A stretch of 63,447 nucleotides of DNA, the filler included, from Octopus bimaculoides (taxonomy: Eukaryota): NCBI RefSeq assembly GCF_001194135.2. It is 8 parts of 8 records of this genome, joined end to end, with 100 filler letters (N's around TTAATTAATTAA, not from the genome) between each part and the next. Parts side by side here need not be neighbours in the genome. Positions count along the whole stretch, not along the records: positions 46,098 to 50,192 come from NC_068994.1; positions 50,293 to 57,676 come from NC_068986.1; positions 57,777 to 61,325 come from NW_026298439.1; positions 61,426 to 63,447 come from NW_026318873.1; 4 more parts are not named here. One strand, written 5' to 3'. The translations under genes and the position numbers were made by a program. The first letter of the stretch is position 1; each line of letters starts with the position of its first letter. The notes under the pieces are model-generated. The model saw only the letters and a program-made list of their open reading frames with translations, was not told the DNA's origin and did no database searches. Below, one piece after another: positions 48,203 to 62,574 of the stretch.

Positions 48203-49753
48203 TCACTGCCTCGTCTGCGTCTCACTCTGTCTATGTATCCATACGTATCGGTGTGTGTGTGTGCGTACGTGTGTACGTGGGTACTAATTTAATTTCATGA
48301 TTTTAGTTCACGCTTGAAGATCAGTAACATGAAACTCAAGCCATAATAAAATAGACTATGTGTAATTTGTGCTGTCTACAATATATATTATATCATCGGC
48401 AAACTTCATTTGACGATACACACACACACACACATGCATGAACCCTCCGCACATACATACACACACACATATATATATACGCAATATATATATATATAAT
48501 CAAAAAATAAGCAACACGGATTTCAAAGGTGATTGCAGTACGCACGTTTCATGCTACTCCAATTTATTTAAGTAATGCGAGCATTACATTAAATGCAATA
48601 TGAAGAGCAATCTTCAGCTGCACGAAAATGCAGAAAATTACAGTAGAAAAGACATATTATAAATGTGGCAACATTTGAAATGTTCACAGGAAAATTCGAG
48701 AGCATCACGCTTAGCCACGCACAGATACACATATAGACATATAGACATGCACGCACACACACTCACAAACGCACACTGATAAACACACACTCACACACGG
48801 ACACATACGCATATGCTTATGTGTGTATGTTATTTTGCATGTGTTACTGTATATACATACTTATTATATCCTGCTTAATGTTGAAACGGTCGTATACAAT
48901 AGCGGCGAGGCAGGGAAGCAATATTGTTCATACATGACAATATAAAACGATACAAAAGAATGAATATGAATATAAAAAGATAAATATGAATAAAGATTTC
49001 GGCCACACTTGTAGCCGTTTTCAGATTCTGGAATTAACGGCAGAAGGACATAATGGAACCCATCTGCGGTTGCCAGTCAACCAGTTCGTATGTTGCAATA
49101 ACAGGAACAGAAAGGCACACCCTTCACGTTCTACACGGGTGCCGTATGAATTTACTTCTGGAAATTTAAACGAATGAATGAAAGAAATGTTGTAACCTAA
49201 ATAAGCCCCCACACACTCGCACACTCACACACACACACACACATACACACAACCAACCAACTGGCTCCTTGACTTGACATACAAATACATATGGCTAAAC
49301 GTACATGTAAATACACACGTAGACATCGGAATATATATATATATATATANNNNNNNNNNNNNNNNNNNNNNNNNNNNNNNNNNNNNNNNNNNNNNNNNNN
49401 NNNNNNNNNNNNNNNNNNNNNNNNNNNNNNNNNNNNNNNNNNNNNNNNNNNNNNNNNNNNNNNNNNNNNNNNNNNNNNNNNNNNNNNNNNNNNNNNNNNN
49501 NNNNNNNNNNNNNNNNNNNNNNNNNNNNNNNNNNNNNNNNNNNNNNNNNNNNNNNNNNNNNNNNNNNNNNNNNNNNNNNNNNNNNNNNNNNNNNNNNNNN
49601 NNNNNNNNNNNNNNNNNNNNNNNNNNNNNNNNNNNNNNNNNNNNNNNNNNNNNNNNNNNNNNNNNNNNNNNNNNNNNNNNNNNNNNNNNNNNNNNNNNNN
49701 NNNNNNNNNNNNNNNNNNNNNNNNNNNNNNNNNNNNNNNNNNNNNNNNNNNNN

Positions 49754-49794
<41 letters not shown>

Positions 49795-49859
49795 TATGAT
49801 TCTCACCGACACAGTGACAAAATCGTGTCACCAGCGCCAATCACAGAAACAATTCGACA

Positions 49860-50096
49860 CAACGACGACTACCAAAACCATCACAACCACCATGACCACC
49901 ACCAGCGCCACCACCAGCGCCACCACCATCACAACTATCATCATCGTCATCATCATCATCATCATCATCATCGTTGTCATGATGATAGCAATGATAAATT
50001 AAACTGACAGCGCAAGTGCTCGGTATAATGGAACTTAATTAGAGATTTGTAGTATAAAGGGTATTTGCTTTGGACTATCTAGAGCATGACATAAGG

Positions 50097-50172
<76 letters not shown>
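49860..50172. repeat. (ACC)/(CAT) triplet tract and (ATT)n
   Basis: Direct inspection. Confidence 0.9.
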
Positions 50173-50173
<1 letters not shown>

Positions 50174-51046
50174 GTATACATACATACATATANNNNNNNN
50201 NNNNNNNNNNNNNNNNNNNNNNNNNNNNNNNNNNNNTTAATTAATTAANNNNNNNNNNNNNNNNNNNNNNNNNNNNNNNNNNNNNNNNNNNNATATATAT
50301 TCCTGAACGTTTTATGGTCTTACCTGGCTTGTGAAATTATTACGAAATTGTATTCATTTATCTGATAAGATTTTCTTTGGCTTTTATATTCCAGTCGCCT
50401 GTTAACATATTATATGTGTGCTTATGAGACGAGACACGACTGCGAAAGGTACTTCGTCACTGTCTATCACTTAATATGTAAAGGTGAGAATATTTTTGGT
50501 TATTTTATATTATTAATGCTTCAACCAATTCCGAAATCAAATTATATTTCGTATCCTGCTAACCTTGATTTTGCATTCCATAAAAATTGGGTTTCGAAAC
50601 ATTAGCCTTTACTAATGATCGTAAAAAATTATTTTACCTACTAATAGAAGATACTATAAATATTGCAACAGTTTACATAAAACATGGAGCCAACCATTAC
50701 TGTTGAAGGATGAGAACTTAAAACCTCGAATACAACGCACAGATAACGACTAAACTAACCTAAATTTGGATTTATGGGGAGAGAGAAATATCTGTTTCTT
50801 TTTACTCTTGACGAATAGGTGTCAAACCACGCTAGAATCTTGTAAATCAAAATAGTTTATAATTTTTGTTAGTCATTGCGGTGATTGTCATTTATGATAC
50901 TTATACGAATCCCAAATTTTATTGTCACGAAATATGATATCGTGCATCAAATCTATTTGACGTCCCTTTCTATATAAATACCAACATCGGTAGATAGATA
51001 TAAGAACACAGAATATTAGCGACATGCAACGTACCCACTAATGTTT

Positions 51047-51430
51047 TGTTGTTGGCACTCCATCGCTTACGACGTCGAGGGTTCTAGTTGATCCGATCAA
51101 CGGAACAGCCTGCTCGTGAAATTAACGTGCAAGTGGCTGAGCACTCCACAGACACGTGTACCCTTAACGTAGTTCTCGAGGATATTCAGCGTGACACAGT
51201 GTGACAAGGCTGACCCTTTGAATTACAGACACAACAGAAACAGGAAGAAAGAGCGAGAGAAAGTTGTGGTGAAAGAGTACAGCAGGGTTCACCACCATCC
51301 CCTGCTGGAGCCTCGCGGGGCTTTAGGTGTTTTCGCTCAATAAACACTCACAACGCCCGGTCTGGGAATCGAAACCGCGATCCTATGACTGCGAGTCTGC
51401 TGCCCTAACCACTGGGTCATTGCACCTCCA
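51047..51430 (-). mobile_element. SINE family C (tRNA-like head TGGAGGCGCAATGGCCCAGTGGTTAGGG, tail GACGGAGTGCCAACAACA), full length
   Basis: Matches 54616-55000 in reverse complement. Confidence 0.93.
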
Positions 51431-51804
51431 ACAGTTTACTAAATCTCTAAGAATAAAGGCATTGTAAATTCGGAATCAGTGTGAAAAATAACATCAATCA
51501 ACCAAACTTGATCATTTTCACTTAATTTTAAAAATTCAAACCCGTGATAACCGAAAAGATCCAGTTTCGTCTTTATGGTCAGAATATTTAAGAACTAAAG
51601 ACATAAAATATATCAAATTTCTAGCTGCAGATGAAATCAGTGAGTGCGAAGGAAAGTACAGACAAATATGTCATGAAGCCATGAGAGAGTACCCACTAAT
51701 GTATCCGGATACGTACCAGTGCTCGTTCGTAAATTTATATATTTATTTACAAATATTCTATCATTATTACACGTAACACGTAAATTTTTAATTATTTGCA
51801 TAAA

Positions 51805-52190
51805 TCAATACCTGTGTGGTTAAGAAGATCCTTTGGCAGTCACATCATATCGGATTTAGTTCCATGCACATGTGTTTTTTACATTAGCTACGGGCCAATA
51901 TTTATATATATAGCTGAATATATTGAGTGAAAGCTTTTCAGAAGAACGGCGTAAGGTCACATGAGTTAGTGTATATGTGTCTGAGTGGTTATATGTAAGT
52001 GTGAAAATTCATTTATCATTCACGGCCTATTTGTTTACATCCTCGTAACTTAGCGACTCCTCAAAAGCAAGACTAGTTACTGAATTCAGATGTAGTAATT
52101 GGGGTGAGATATGATCAATTAAAGCTCTTCAATCTAATGCCCCATTATGGCTGAAGTTCAACGACTGAAACAATAAAAATAATAGACAAA
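51805..52190 (+). mobile_element. Very old SINE family A copy
   Basis: Residual GTGTGGTTAAGAAG, GTAACTTAGCG and GACTGAAACAA modules in the correct order. Confidence 0.55.
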
Positions 52191-53139
52191 AAGAATATAA
52201 CGATATAACCTGCAGTTAATTGACAACGCCGCTAACATTGGTACAACACTAGAAATACTCGTTGGGAAATGAGTAGTTCACAAAGCTACTTTATCAGATT
52301 GGCACTAGATACATCGAGGTAGAATGGTGCATGTTAACCACATTTAAATACACGCTTAGCTGATTAATAAACGCAAAGATGATTTCTCTGAAATTGACAA
52401 GTATAGAAACATGGGACAAAGCAGCAGACTGTTTTCTATAACTCCTGCCTCTGAATACGAATAATTTTGTAATTCCCGGAAGTACGAAAGTATAGTTTCA
52501 CAAAGCAGTATATTAATCTCAGAAATAATGATTATATCAAACTTGTCCATATTTCTATCAATCTTCAGATCCAAAGCATTGCCAAATTATGAATAAAATT
52601 TTGAGTTTTATAATTCAAAAATAATCTTTAACCATTTATTTTCAACATCAGGCGTCTTATCGTATTTAAGAAGTGTGCTGACAAATTCAAAGACGAATAT
52701 TGCTTCAAATCCTTTGTAAAAACCCACAAAAATGCTTGCCCTGGTAAGATTATTTTACTAATTGTCTATTATGAGGAAATGATTATCTTTGTTGTCAAAG
52801 TACGTAATATAGATTACAAATTATGACGCAAATTAAGAGCGGAATTAAGTATTAATTTATCTTCTCATCTAATATTTTATCTAACTATCCAGAAGTTGTA
52901 AAAACATAAAATAAGATATGAAATTTTATATTTTTCAGGGAAAGACAGCTGCATTGAGTTATTCAAATCTTATTGTCCACAAGCGGAAAAAGATTACCCC
53001 GTGCAATCACCAGATAAGAATTTTTGCAAGTACATATATCGTTTTTGCTTTTCTGATTATCGCTACAACTAACAGCTACATGTTTATATATTTGATTATA
53101 GAATCGACTATTAATTATTAATATTTGTAATACTGAGTA

Positions 53140-53325
53140 AGGCAGCGAGCGAGAAAAATCGTTATCGTGCCGGGTAAAATTCCTAGCGGCATTTCGTACG
53201 TCTTTATGTTGTTTTTTTCAAATTCCATCGAGGTCGACTTCGCCTTTAATCCTTTTGTGGCCGATGAATCAGGTAAAAGTTGAACACTGGGATCGATGCA
53301 ATCGGCTCAAAAACCCTACTCCACC
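53140..53325 (+). mobile_element. Decayed SINE family B
   Basis: GGCAGCGAGC..CAAATTCC..GAGGTCGACTT.GCCTTT core. Confidence 0.75.
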
Positions 53326-54615
53326 CAAAATTGAAATGAATATTTGTAACATTGTTGCAAATCAAGAAATGCTCACTTGGAGTGCACTAGTTTCAATAAT
53401 TGATTAGTGCTAAGTACATCGCACTAAGAATGGGGCATATCGACGTCAATGTAACTAGAAACAGCGTTTAGCAAATCAAAGAATACATAAGTTATTTCCA
53501 GTATAGACACAAGTCCTGAATGTGCGATTAGAACTGTGGAGTCTGAACAATTCGCGTTCTTTTAAATTACGTATTTTAATGCTTTAGAAAACTCGTTATA
53601 ATGATACATCATATAAAAAATATTGTTATTAATAAATTTTGTTACTTGTGAATATCATTAGCGAATGAATGTTACTTACTTTATTTCAAATTATTAATCA
53701 TAAGACATTATTTCATAAGAATTTTCCATGCGGAATTTCGCTAGTATATTTAAAAACCGATTACCAGAACGGCATTCGATTAGAATTCAGATTTTAAAAT
53801 CTATTTACTGTGTCGATTAGGAAATATTTCAGCAATCCTGGATATAAGGACATTATAAAAAGTAGCAATTCGATCTCAGTCACTCCTGTGAATGTTCATT
53901 ACACTACGTCGATTATTCAGAATATTGCCAAACTCATTAAGGATTTTACTCTCTTGTAGTGTGATATTACTATATATGTACATTACAGACGCATATCCGT
54001 ATATGAAAACTGTTCCTCTGAGAGGAAGCACAAGTGCACTGGGTACTTCCATCAAACTTCTCTCATGAAATGTAAAGAAGGTAAAATTGCTTAATTCATT
54101 CAATTGACATTATTTGCGGTAGGGCGCATCGATGCATTAATCATCAACAAAAATTACATTTGTTAAGTTACATATTACATTCAATTCCACTTAATGTTTG
54201 CTAAAGAAGTATTTACCGTTACCAATGTTAGTATGCATGGATTTGTCTTCTACTCTCATTTCTTGATGAAGACACACTAGCAGTACCATATACCGTGTAC
54301 GATGCTTCAGTCTGTTAGAGGTGTGCATCAGATTTTGTTTTGTGTTTTTAATAATTTCTCTGTATATCTACCTTTCTCGTGCATATCACACATTTTCCTA
54401 ATAAAATTATTTGCTAGGTTACTCCATCTTGATAAGTCTGCATATCATATCATATTTCTTTTCTTCGGCCATGTGATATTGATTGTTTCGATGCCAGTTA
54501 GATGAATGTCTCTATGAATGAAATTCCTTGGTGAATTTATCTATGTACCAAATCGCTTGGAGTTGCCCTCTCATTTTGAATGCCTGTATTTTTCTCTGTA
54601 TCTATCTTGTGCGGG

Positions 54616-55000
54616 TGGAGGCGCAATGGCCCAGTGGTTAGGGCAACAGACTTGCTGTCATAGGATCGCGGTTTCGATTCCCAGACCGGGCGTTGTGAGT
54701 GTTTATTGGGCGAAAACACCTAAAGTTGCACGAGGCTCCGGCAGGGGATGGTGGCCAACCCTGCTGTACTCTTTCACCACAACTTTCTCTCACTCTTTCT
54801 TCCTGTTTCTGTTGTGCCTGTTATTCAAAGGGCCAGCCTTGTCACACTGTGTCACGCTGAATATCCCCGAGAACTATGTTAAGAGTACACGTGTCTGTGG
54901 AGTGCTCAGCCACTTGCACATTAATTTCATGAGCAGGCTGTTCCACTGATCGGATCAACTGGAATCCTCGACGTCGTAAGCGACGGAGTGCCAACAACAA
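54616..55000 (+). mobile_element. SINE family C, full length, TSD TTGTGCGG
   Basis: TTGTGCGG at about 54606-54613 and 55003-55010. Confidence 0.93.
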
Positions 55001-55849
55001 TATTGTGCGGATCCATATATCACATGCATGGAAGTTGGAAGGCACATATGCTGTATGGTGTCCGTACACAAAATATCATTATTTTTTATGGAGATGTTTC
55101 TCTCCTGCAATATTGGACCATCTGCTTTTACTGCACTTTTGTTCTGAACAGTCCATGCAAGGAAGTTTTGCATTGATACTTGATCGACATTTGTCTCTAG
55201 TTATTTGAATGCTCTTTTCGTCTAGTGTTTCACATTGGACATGGATATCTGTTCTGATGAAAACAATGGAAATTGGATAGAGGATATTTTGTACAGTTTT
55301 TGTTCAAACATTGTATAACCTACAAGAGTACCTTTAAGTCAACCAATTTATACGCAATTATTACCAGCTCATCAATTAAAGACCATCTCTTCTTAGCTTT
55401 GTAACAAACACCTCTCCAATGCTGAGTGGACATCCATTATATTTAAGGGCATCGTTTATTTTCTGCATCAGTTTTAGGACGTGTCACACCGCTTCTAATA
55501 TAGCCTAAATCTCACACATACTTGGTGTCTTGAAACAAATAAGTTGCTTGAATGAGTCAAATTCTTCATCCTATTAAATCTTTTAAAATAATTTCCCGTA
55601 AATCATCACGCCAAAACATTAAGCTCCTTTCTAATGAGTATAACATGCTAGATTTTGTGTTCTTGCTGGTGGTGCTTCACACTGAGAAAACAAGATAAAC
55701 GATCTGTACTGAAGTAATCAAAACTTCTGCTACCTTTACTGAAAACTGCTGGTTTTTCTTCATTGATATTTTCTTTCTGAGTTTGTAATCATCTCATGGT
55801 AATTCTCAGTGATACTTGCCTGCAAGATTGATCTTGCCGGTAGTGTGAT

Positions 55850-57020
55850 CAATTAGAAATAGTTAGCTTTACTACAGTATAGAATTAAGTACAAGAAAAC
55901 TCCAACATTAAGTTTTCTCAAGTGGATAAATGGAAGAAATATCCTTCTATCAGTTACGACCAAGCTGAGTACCACAGAGATTCATTGACTGGTTTCGATT
56001 GTCTAATCAGGAAGTAGTGGAAATGTGCAAACAGACTGAGATTAGATATCAGCAGAAGGGCTAATCTGTGATGATAGAGTATCTTAAGTTTCCCATAATC
56101 CTATTATATTAGGTATACCCACATATGCACACCATCTCTTTCTGAAACGTTTGTAATTGAATTGTTCGGAATGTGAAACAGTCATTGTTTTTCACTTCTT
56201 TTCGTTCTTCACCACACTTAAGTTTTCATAAAAACGGGCACAAGTTAGTAGCAAAATCTTATTCGAATAAAGTCCTGGTTTGGAGGTTATCTTGAGAATT
56301 TTGCTGCATGAGCTTCATGTTGATATTGTCAGAGAGGACCAATTTTCGCTCCCTGTCACCATTCTCTTCACAACATTTAAACGATCGTTTTCTTCACGTT
56401 TCTGCAACGAATCTGGTGGGCAAGATTAGTTACATTCAATTGTGAGACCCAAACATTTAGTTTGATGACGTAATCATGTTGTTACAGATGGTTTTGGGCA
56501 CTTGATTTCGATATATGGGTAATATGTCAGTGGTTATCCTGTCACATAACGGGAGTTCGTGTCGCTGGTAATCTCAGTTGGGAAATCTTGATCGAAGAAT
56601 TCCCAGATCGACAACTTGAAGACCATTTTTGGTATACACATTTCGTAAAAACATCCTTTCCTTACACAGCGCATAATTTCCTGCAGGTTTCCTGTCTTTT
56701 TTTTTTCTGCCTTTCTTAAAAGGAAAAAAAATTCAGGTGTTGATAATGTTCGTTTAGATTCTCTATTTTGAGGGTGATACAAATCAGACATAATACAAAC
56801 TCTCTCGTCGCAAGTTTGCACTAAATTACAGTGCAGTGTCAAGTATCTAACGGGTGTGCATGCCCAAACGTCATAGTGAAGTTAGCTTCTTACAAGAGTG
56901 CTTGAAAGTTAGCCTTGACAACAATGGACAGAGTTTTCAGATTGAACTTAGCTACCTAAAAAAACTGCTTGAAGTTTAGTGTCGACAAAAGCGAACATAT
57001 ATATTTGGGCCAACCCAATA
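55850..57020 (-). mobile_element. Near full-length decayed mariner (mellifera/Famar1-like)
   Basis: Terminus TATTGGGTTGGCC at 57020; ENLNEHYQHL..CRKLCAV*GKD..QKW..RSGN; LNVWV..KRMVTG.E; KPGL..KILL; degenerate YSPDLAPSD. Left boundary uncertain. Confidence 0.7.
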
Positions 57021-57676
57021 TGAATGTAAATGTATGTATGAATGTAAATGTATGTATGTATGTAATCAATCAGTTTCATTTCTGTATTTCTTGTCCATAG
57101 AGAAAGAGCCGGACTCTAACATAGATTCAAGGCTCCTTCATTGGAACTTTTATCAACATCATCTAGGTATTTGTGCATATGTATGTGTGTGTGTGCAGTA
57201 TTTGGTGTTAGTGTATGCGCAGATTTGTATGTTTGTTTTATGGATGCGTTTTTATGTCTAGATGCATGCATATGTATTTATGTGCTAAATTTTTGGAAAG
57301 TTTTACATATCTTTACAGTTCCATAGATGGCTTGAATCTGTAGTCTTCTAATCAGCCTTTTTCTTTCAGGTTTTGAGAACCCTAATTTTTCCAGGTTTTT
57401 GTTGAGGCAGTTCGTTACATATCCCAATGCCCCAACAATCACGGGTATGAATCTGAACTTGTAGTCTGGGTCGAGTATCTGTAAATTTCTCAGTAGCTCG
57501 GCGTAGTTCTTCTCTTTTTCTCTAATCTTTAGTGGGATGTTGACATCCGCAGGACAGCTGATTTCTACTACTGTACACAGTTTCTCTTCTCTGTCCCAGA
57601 TTACTATATCCGGTCTATTATGTCTGCACTTTATTGAGGTTTTTATTGGGACATTCCACCAATATTCTTTCATATT
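57021..57676 (-). mobile_element. R4/Dong-type LINE 3' end: open RLE domain (57278-57673) and 3' UTR
   Basis: WWNVPIKT..HNRPDIVIWD..VVEISCP.D.NI..KEKNY..IPVIVGALG..TVKICKTF; tail in ATAC-like repeats. Confidence 0.9.
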
Positions 57677-58362
57677 NNNNNNNNNNNNNNNNNNNNNNNN
57701 NNNNNNNNNNNNNNNNNNNNTTAATTAATTAANNNNNNNNNNNNNNNNNNNNNNNNNNNNNNNNNNNNNNNNNNNNATTTAGTTTTATGAATTTCTTTTT
57801 ATTTTTCTCTCTCTCCCTCTCTTTCTCTGACCTTCTCTCCCTCTTTCTGCCATTATCGGCCATTAGAAGAGAAAGTAAGAGAGAGAAAAAAGCGCCCAAA
57901 TAAAAAAAAAAACATACAAAAGACAAAAATAACGACACACAAACAAACAACAAAATACAATACGTAAGGAGTTTGTTTTTAATCCGATCATTCGAGAAAT
58001 CTCATGTCAGGTAAGATACCTGTATTTTATTCCAAACTCATTCTTTCGCCCACTTGACAAGCAACAGACGAATATGTGTGGCGGTGCTGATGCATGGTAG
58101 TGGCGGTGTGCTGTAGCATGGACATGTTTTGCAGTGATTCTAATGTTATTAAGTTAAAGGCAAAAGCTTCTATTAAAGATGTAAAATAAATAAATAGAAA
58201 AAACCTATAACAGGAATGAAGGGAGTGGGAGAGAATATACACATGCACTTTCAAGACTATAAAATAACTGCACAAACAAAAGCTATGCAATCACCCGCTC
58301 ACATATACTGGTGCATAGATAGATTTACCAGCTCAAACACGTCTTCGTTTTACAACAAAGAA

Positions 58363-58393
<31 letters not shown>

Positions 58394-58562
58394 ACACACA
58401 CACACACACAGAAATATCCCCATTTATGTATATTTATATATATATACATGTATATATGTACAAACATACACACACATATATAGATATACGTATATGCACA
58501 CATATATTGCGTATATATATATATACATATGTATATATATACATACATATATACTGTCTGTG

Positions 58563-58603
<41 letters not shown>

Positions 58604-59079
58604 GTGTGTGTGTATGTGCATATACATATATACGCAGGCACACACACACAAATAATACTTCATAAATTTTATGTAAAGAAAAATCCACAAAAAATTAAAT
58701 ATCTTCACAAACTTTCATTGACGTCATTCACTTCACCACCACCAACCCTTCAGCCTCCTCCTCCTCCTCCCTACCGTTTCTGTCTCTCTCTTTATCGCTA
58801 TGATTCTCTATCTCGTCTTTTGCTGTATCTCTTCCTTCTTTCTCTTTAACTCTTTGCAATCTAGGTTTTATTTTACCTTAATCGCGAGTACGTACGTACG
58901 TACGTATGTTTGTGAATGTATATACATATATACATATATGTGTGCGTGTGCGTATGTGTGTGTGTGTGTACACGCATGTATGCATGCATGCTGCAGTCAA
59001 ATGACTGAAATAAGTAAAAGAATATACATGTCTATACATTATATACACAAACTTACACGCACAAAAGGTATATACACAC

Positions 59080-59180
<101 letters not shown>

Positions 59181-59843
59181 TGTATATACACCTGTTGACA
59201 ATAACGTAAAATTAGTCGATAACAGAACAGTGTGTAATAATATTTTGTCAGATTTACTTGTCAGTGATTGTAGAGATTCCCCGACGATACAGCCAGGTCC
59301 TTTGTCGATAAGTTAAAAAACACAAGATAAAACCTTCCCATTTATCGGGGAAGAACTGCTCGCTGTGATTGTAATTGGACGGAACATACGATTCGCTGAA
59401 CGGTTGGACCTCGAAAGGGTGGCGGTCTATAATTAGTCGACGGGCTACCGCTTACACACACATATGTACTCTTATACATGTATATACATACTCTTACACA
59501 CTCATATGCACATACATACATGCACTTTTACACGCCCACTGTTACACATTATAGACACATAGATATACACAAAAACTCATTTTACAAGTTTTAGCTGTAA
59601 ATCAGCAGAAAAGCAACTGATGTGACAGTGAAGCAAAGTCAGTTTGATTTTGAGAGATAGGAATTATTGTTAGTAGAGGAAAGAGGGAGAACTGAACCGT
59701 CACTTGTCGCTAATGGAACAGTGACCTGATAAGGGAATGCGGGCGATGGAGTAAGTAGGAGCCCATAATAGAACGCCAAAATCTATACGAAAATCAAATT
59801 AGAAGTTCAAATATCAAGACACATACAATCATACATACATACA

Positions 59844-60228
59844 TTGTTGTTGGCACTCCGTCGCTTACGGCGTTGAGGGTTCCTGTTGATCCGATCAACG
59901 GAATAGCCTGCTCGAGAAATTAACGTGCAAGTGGCTGAGCACTCCACAGACACGTGTACCATTAACGTAGTTCTCGGGGAGATTCAGCGTGACACAGTGT
60001 GACAAGGCTGGTCCTTTGAATTACATGCACAACAGAAACAGGAAGTATGAGTGAGAGAAAGTTGTGGTGAAAGAGTACAGCAGGGGTCGCCACCATCCCC
60101 TGCCGGAGCCTCGTGGAGCTTTTAGGTGATTTCACTCAATAAACGCTCACAACGCCCGGTCTGGGAATCGAAACCGCGATCCAATGACTGCGAGTCCACT
60201 GCCCTAACCACTGGGCCATTGCGCCTCC
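59844..60228 (-). mobile_element. SINE family C, full length
   Basis: Matches the other family C copies. Confidence 0.93.
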
Positions 60229-61093
60229 GAATACAAACACACATATATATATACATGCATGCATACATATATATANNNNNNNNNNNNNNNNNNNNNNNNN
60301 NNNNNNNNNNNNNNNNNNNNNNNNNNNNNNNNNNNNNNNNNNNNNNNNNNNNNNNNNNNNNNNNNNNNNNNNNNNNNNNNNNNNNNNNNNNNNNNNNNNN
60401 NNNNNNNNNNNNNNNNNNNNNNNNNNNNNNNNNNNNNNNNNNNNNNNNNNNNNNNNNNNNNNNNNNNNNNNNNNNNNNNNNNNNNNNNNNNNNNNNNNNN
60501 NNNNNNNNNNNNNNNNNNNNNNNNNNNNNNNNNNNNNNNNNNNNNNNNNNNNNNNNNNNNNNNNNNNNNNNNNNNNNNNNNNNNNNNNNNNNNNNNNNNN
60601 NNNNNNNNNNNNNNNNNNNNNNNNNNNNNNNNNNNNNNNNNNNNNNNNNNNNNNNNNNNNNNNNNNNNNNNNNNNNNNNNNNNNNNNNNNNNNNNNNNNN
60701 NNNNNNNNNNNNNNNNNNNNNNNNNNNNNNNNNNNNNNNNNNNNNNNNNNNNTATGAATAATCCTTTTGAAATCAAAATTAGGCGTTTCTTCAGGAATTC
60801 ATTATTGGAATGAATGGGTTCGACCAACAAAAATATAAAGACCCTTAATAGCCCAGAAATGAACAAGCAAGTAAAGTATGATAGAAGGAAATTACCTGAA
60901 CGCCAGACCAATCAAAACCAGAAAGAAAACGTGTATAAAAAAAATCTACTTCAGCGTTGATTAAAATAACAATTCACAATATATAAATATTTGATAACGA
61001 CATTTACCTTAACCGTCTAAACTATACATAGAATTAATGAAACAAATAATCTATTAACTACTAAGAATGTAGACTTCTAATTATAATTCTTAG

Positions 61094-61325
61094 TGGAGGC
61101 GCAATGGCCCAGTGGCTAGGGCAGCGGACTCGCGGTTTCGATTCTCAGACCGGGCGTTATGAGTGTTTATTAAGCGAAAAAACCTAAAAAGCTCCTCGAG
61201 GCTCCCACAGGGGATGGTGGCGAACCCTGCTGTACTCTTCCACCACAACTTTCTCTCACTCTTCCTGTTTCTCTTGTGCCTGTAATTCAAAGGGCCAGCC
61301 TTGTCACACTGTGTCACGCTGAATA
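61094..61325 (+). mobile_element. SINE family C, 5' part truncated by the spacer
   Basis: Head and body match. Confidence 0.9.
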
Positions 61326-61539
61326 NNNNNNNNNNNNNNNNNNNNNNNNNNNNNNNNNNNNNNNNNNNNTTAATTAATTAANNNNNNNNNNNNNNNNNNN
61401 NNNNNNNNNNNNNNNNNNNNNNNNNGATAAGGGGACGGAAGAGTAGATGAGGGAGAAGAGGAGGAGGGCTTGGTAGAACGAAATGTGAAGAGGGTCCGCG
61501 TGAAACGGAAGTACTAGTGTTGCGGTGGTAGTGGTTTGG

Positions 61540-62130
61540 GGTAGAGGTGCTGTTTAGGTTGCAGTAGTGTTTGTAGCAGTGGTGGTGTGGTGGTAGTAGA
61601 AGTTGCAGTCGAGGGTACTTGTAGTATTAGTAGTGGTCGTGGAGGTAATTGTAGTAGTGGTAGTAGTATTGGTGGTTGTAGTGGTGGTTGTGACGTTAGA
61701 AGTAGTAGTTGTAGTAGTAGTAGTAATAGTAGTAGTAGTAGTGGTGGTGGTGGTGGTGGTAGAAGTAGTAGTAGTAGTGGTAGTGGTAGTAGTGGTAGTG
61801 GTAGTAGTGGTAGTAGTGGTAGTGGTGGTGGTGGTGGTGGCAGTAATGGTAGTGGTGGNNNNNNNNNNNNNNNNNNNNNNNNNNNNNNNNNNNNNNNNNN
61901 NNNNNNNNNNNNNNNNNNNNNNNNNNNNNNNNNNNNNNNNNNNNNNNNNNNNNNNNNNNNNNNNNNNNNNNNNNNNNNNNNNNNNNNNNNNNNNNNNNNN
62001 NNNNNNNNNNNNNNNNNNNNNNNNNNNNNNNNNNNNNNNNNNNNNNNNNNNNNNNNNNNNNNNNNNNNNNNNNNNNNNNNNNNNNNNNNNNNNNNNNNNN
62101 NNNNNNNNNNNNNNNNNNNNNNNNNNNNNG

Positions 62131-62162
<32 letters not shown>

Positions 62163-62169
62163 GGTGGTG

Positions 62170-62216
<47 letters not shown>

Positions 62217-62240
62217 TGTGCTGGTGGTGGTGGTGGTCAC
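61540..62240. repeat. (GTA/GTG)n degenerate triplet tract with gap
   Basis: Direct inspection. Confidence 0.9.
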
Positions 62241-62562
62241 CGTCGTCGTAATATTCTTTACATTCTGAGCCATCTCTGATCACAAGCGTTTCCGCACACT
62301 ACTATGAAAAGTGTTTCGGCCGTGACCATCCCATCCGAATATTATATCTACGTCAAGGACTCTATTAGAACCATTCCATTTATGGACTTAGTCCTTCCAC
62401 AAGAGCTGAATATGATTAAGGCATTTGGCTGTTATTTCTAGCAGAGTGTTCTATTTCTTAAGGTCCCCTCACATGCGGTACCTCTTTAAACGTAGGTCGA
62501 CTGTACCTCTCTGAGGTACTTATTTGCGGTTATGTGGACTGTAAATGTGGGGCACATATTTG

Positions 62563-62574
62563 CCGCTAGGTGGC
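62563..62574 (+). promoter_or_regulatory. Putative CTCF-binding core CCGCTAGGTGGC
   Basis: Matches CC(A/G)(C/G)(C/T)AG(A/G)(G/T)GGC exactly, in non-repeat sequence. Confidence 0.4.

Noticed and set aside
50420-50470. Other hammerhead-like cores (CTTATGA..GAAA here; CTGATGA at about 55255 and on the minus strand at about 13620)
   Set aside because: No complementary stem I/II/III arrangement.
54616-54695. tRNA-like sequences (SINE C heads, also SINE A and B heads)
   Set aside because: A/B-box-like motifs but no complete cloverleaf, and they continue into SINE bodies; these are SINE heads, not tRNA genes.
61554-62273. Mucin-like poly-Thr ORF
   Set aside because: A degenerate (GTA/GTG)n microsatellite open in several frames and spanning a gap; no splice or domain support.
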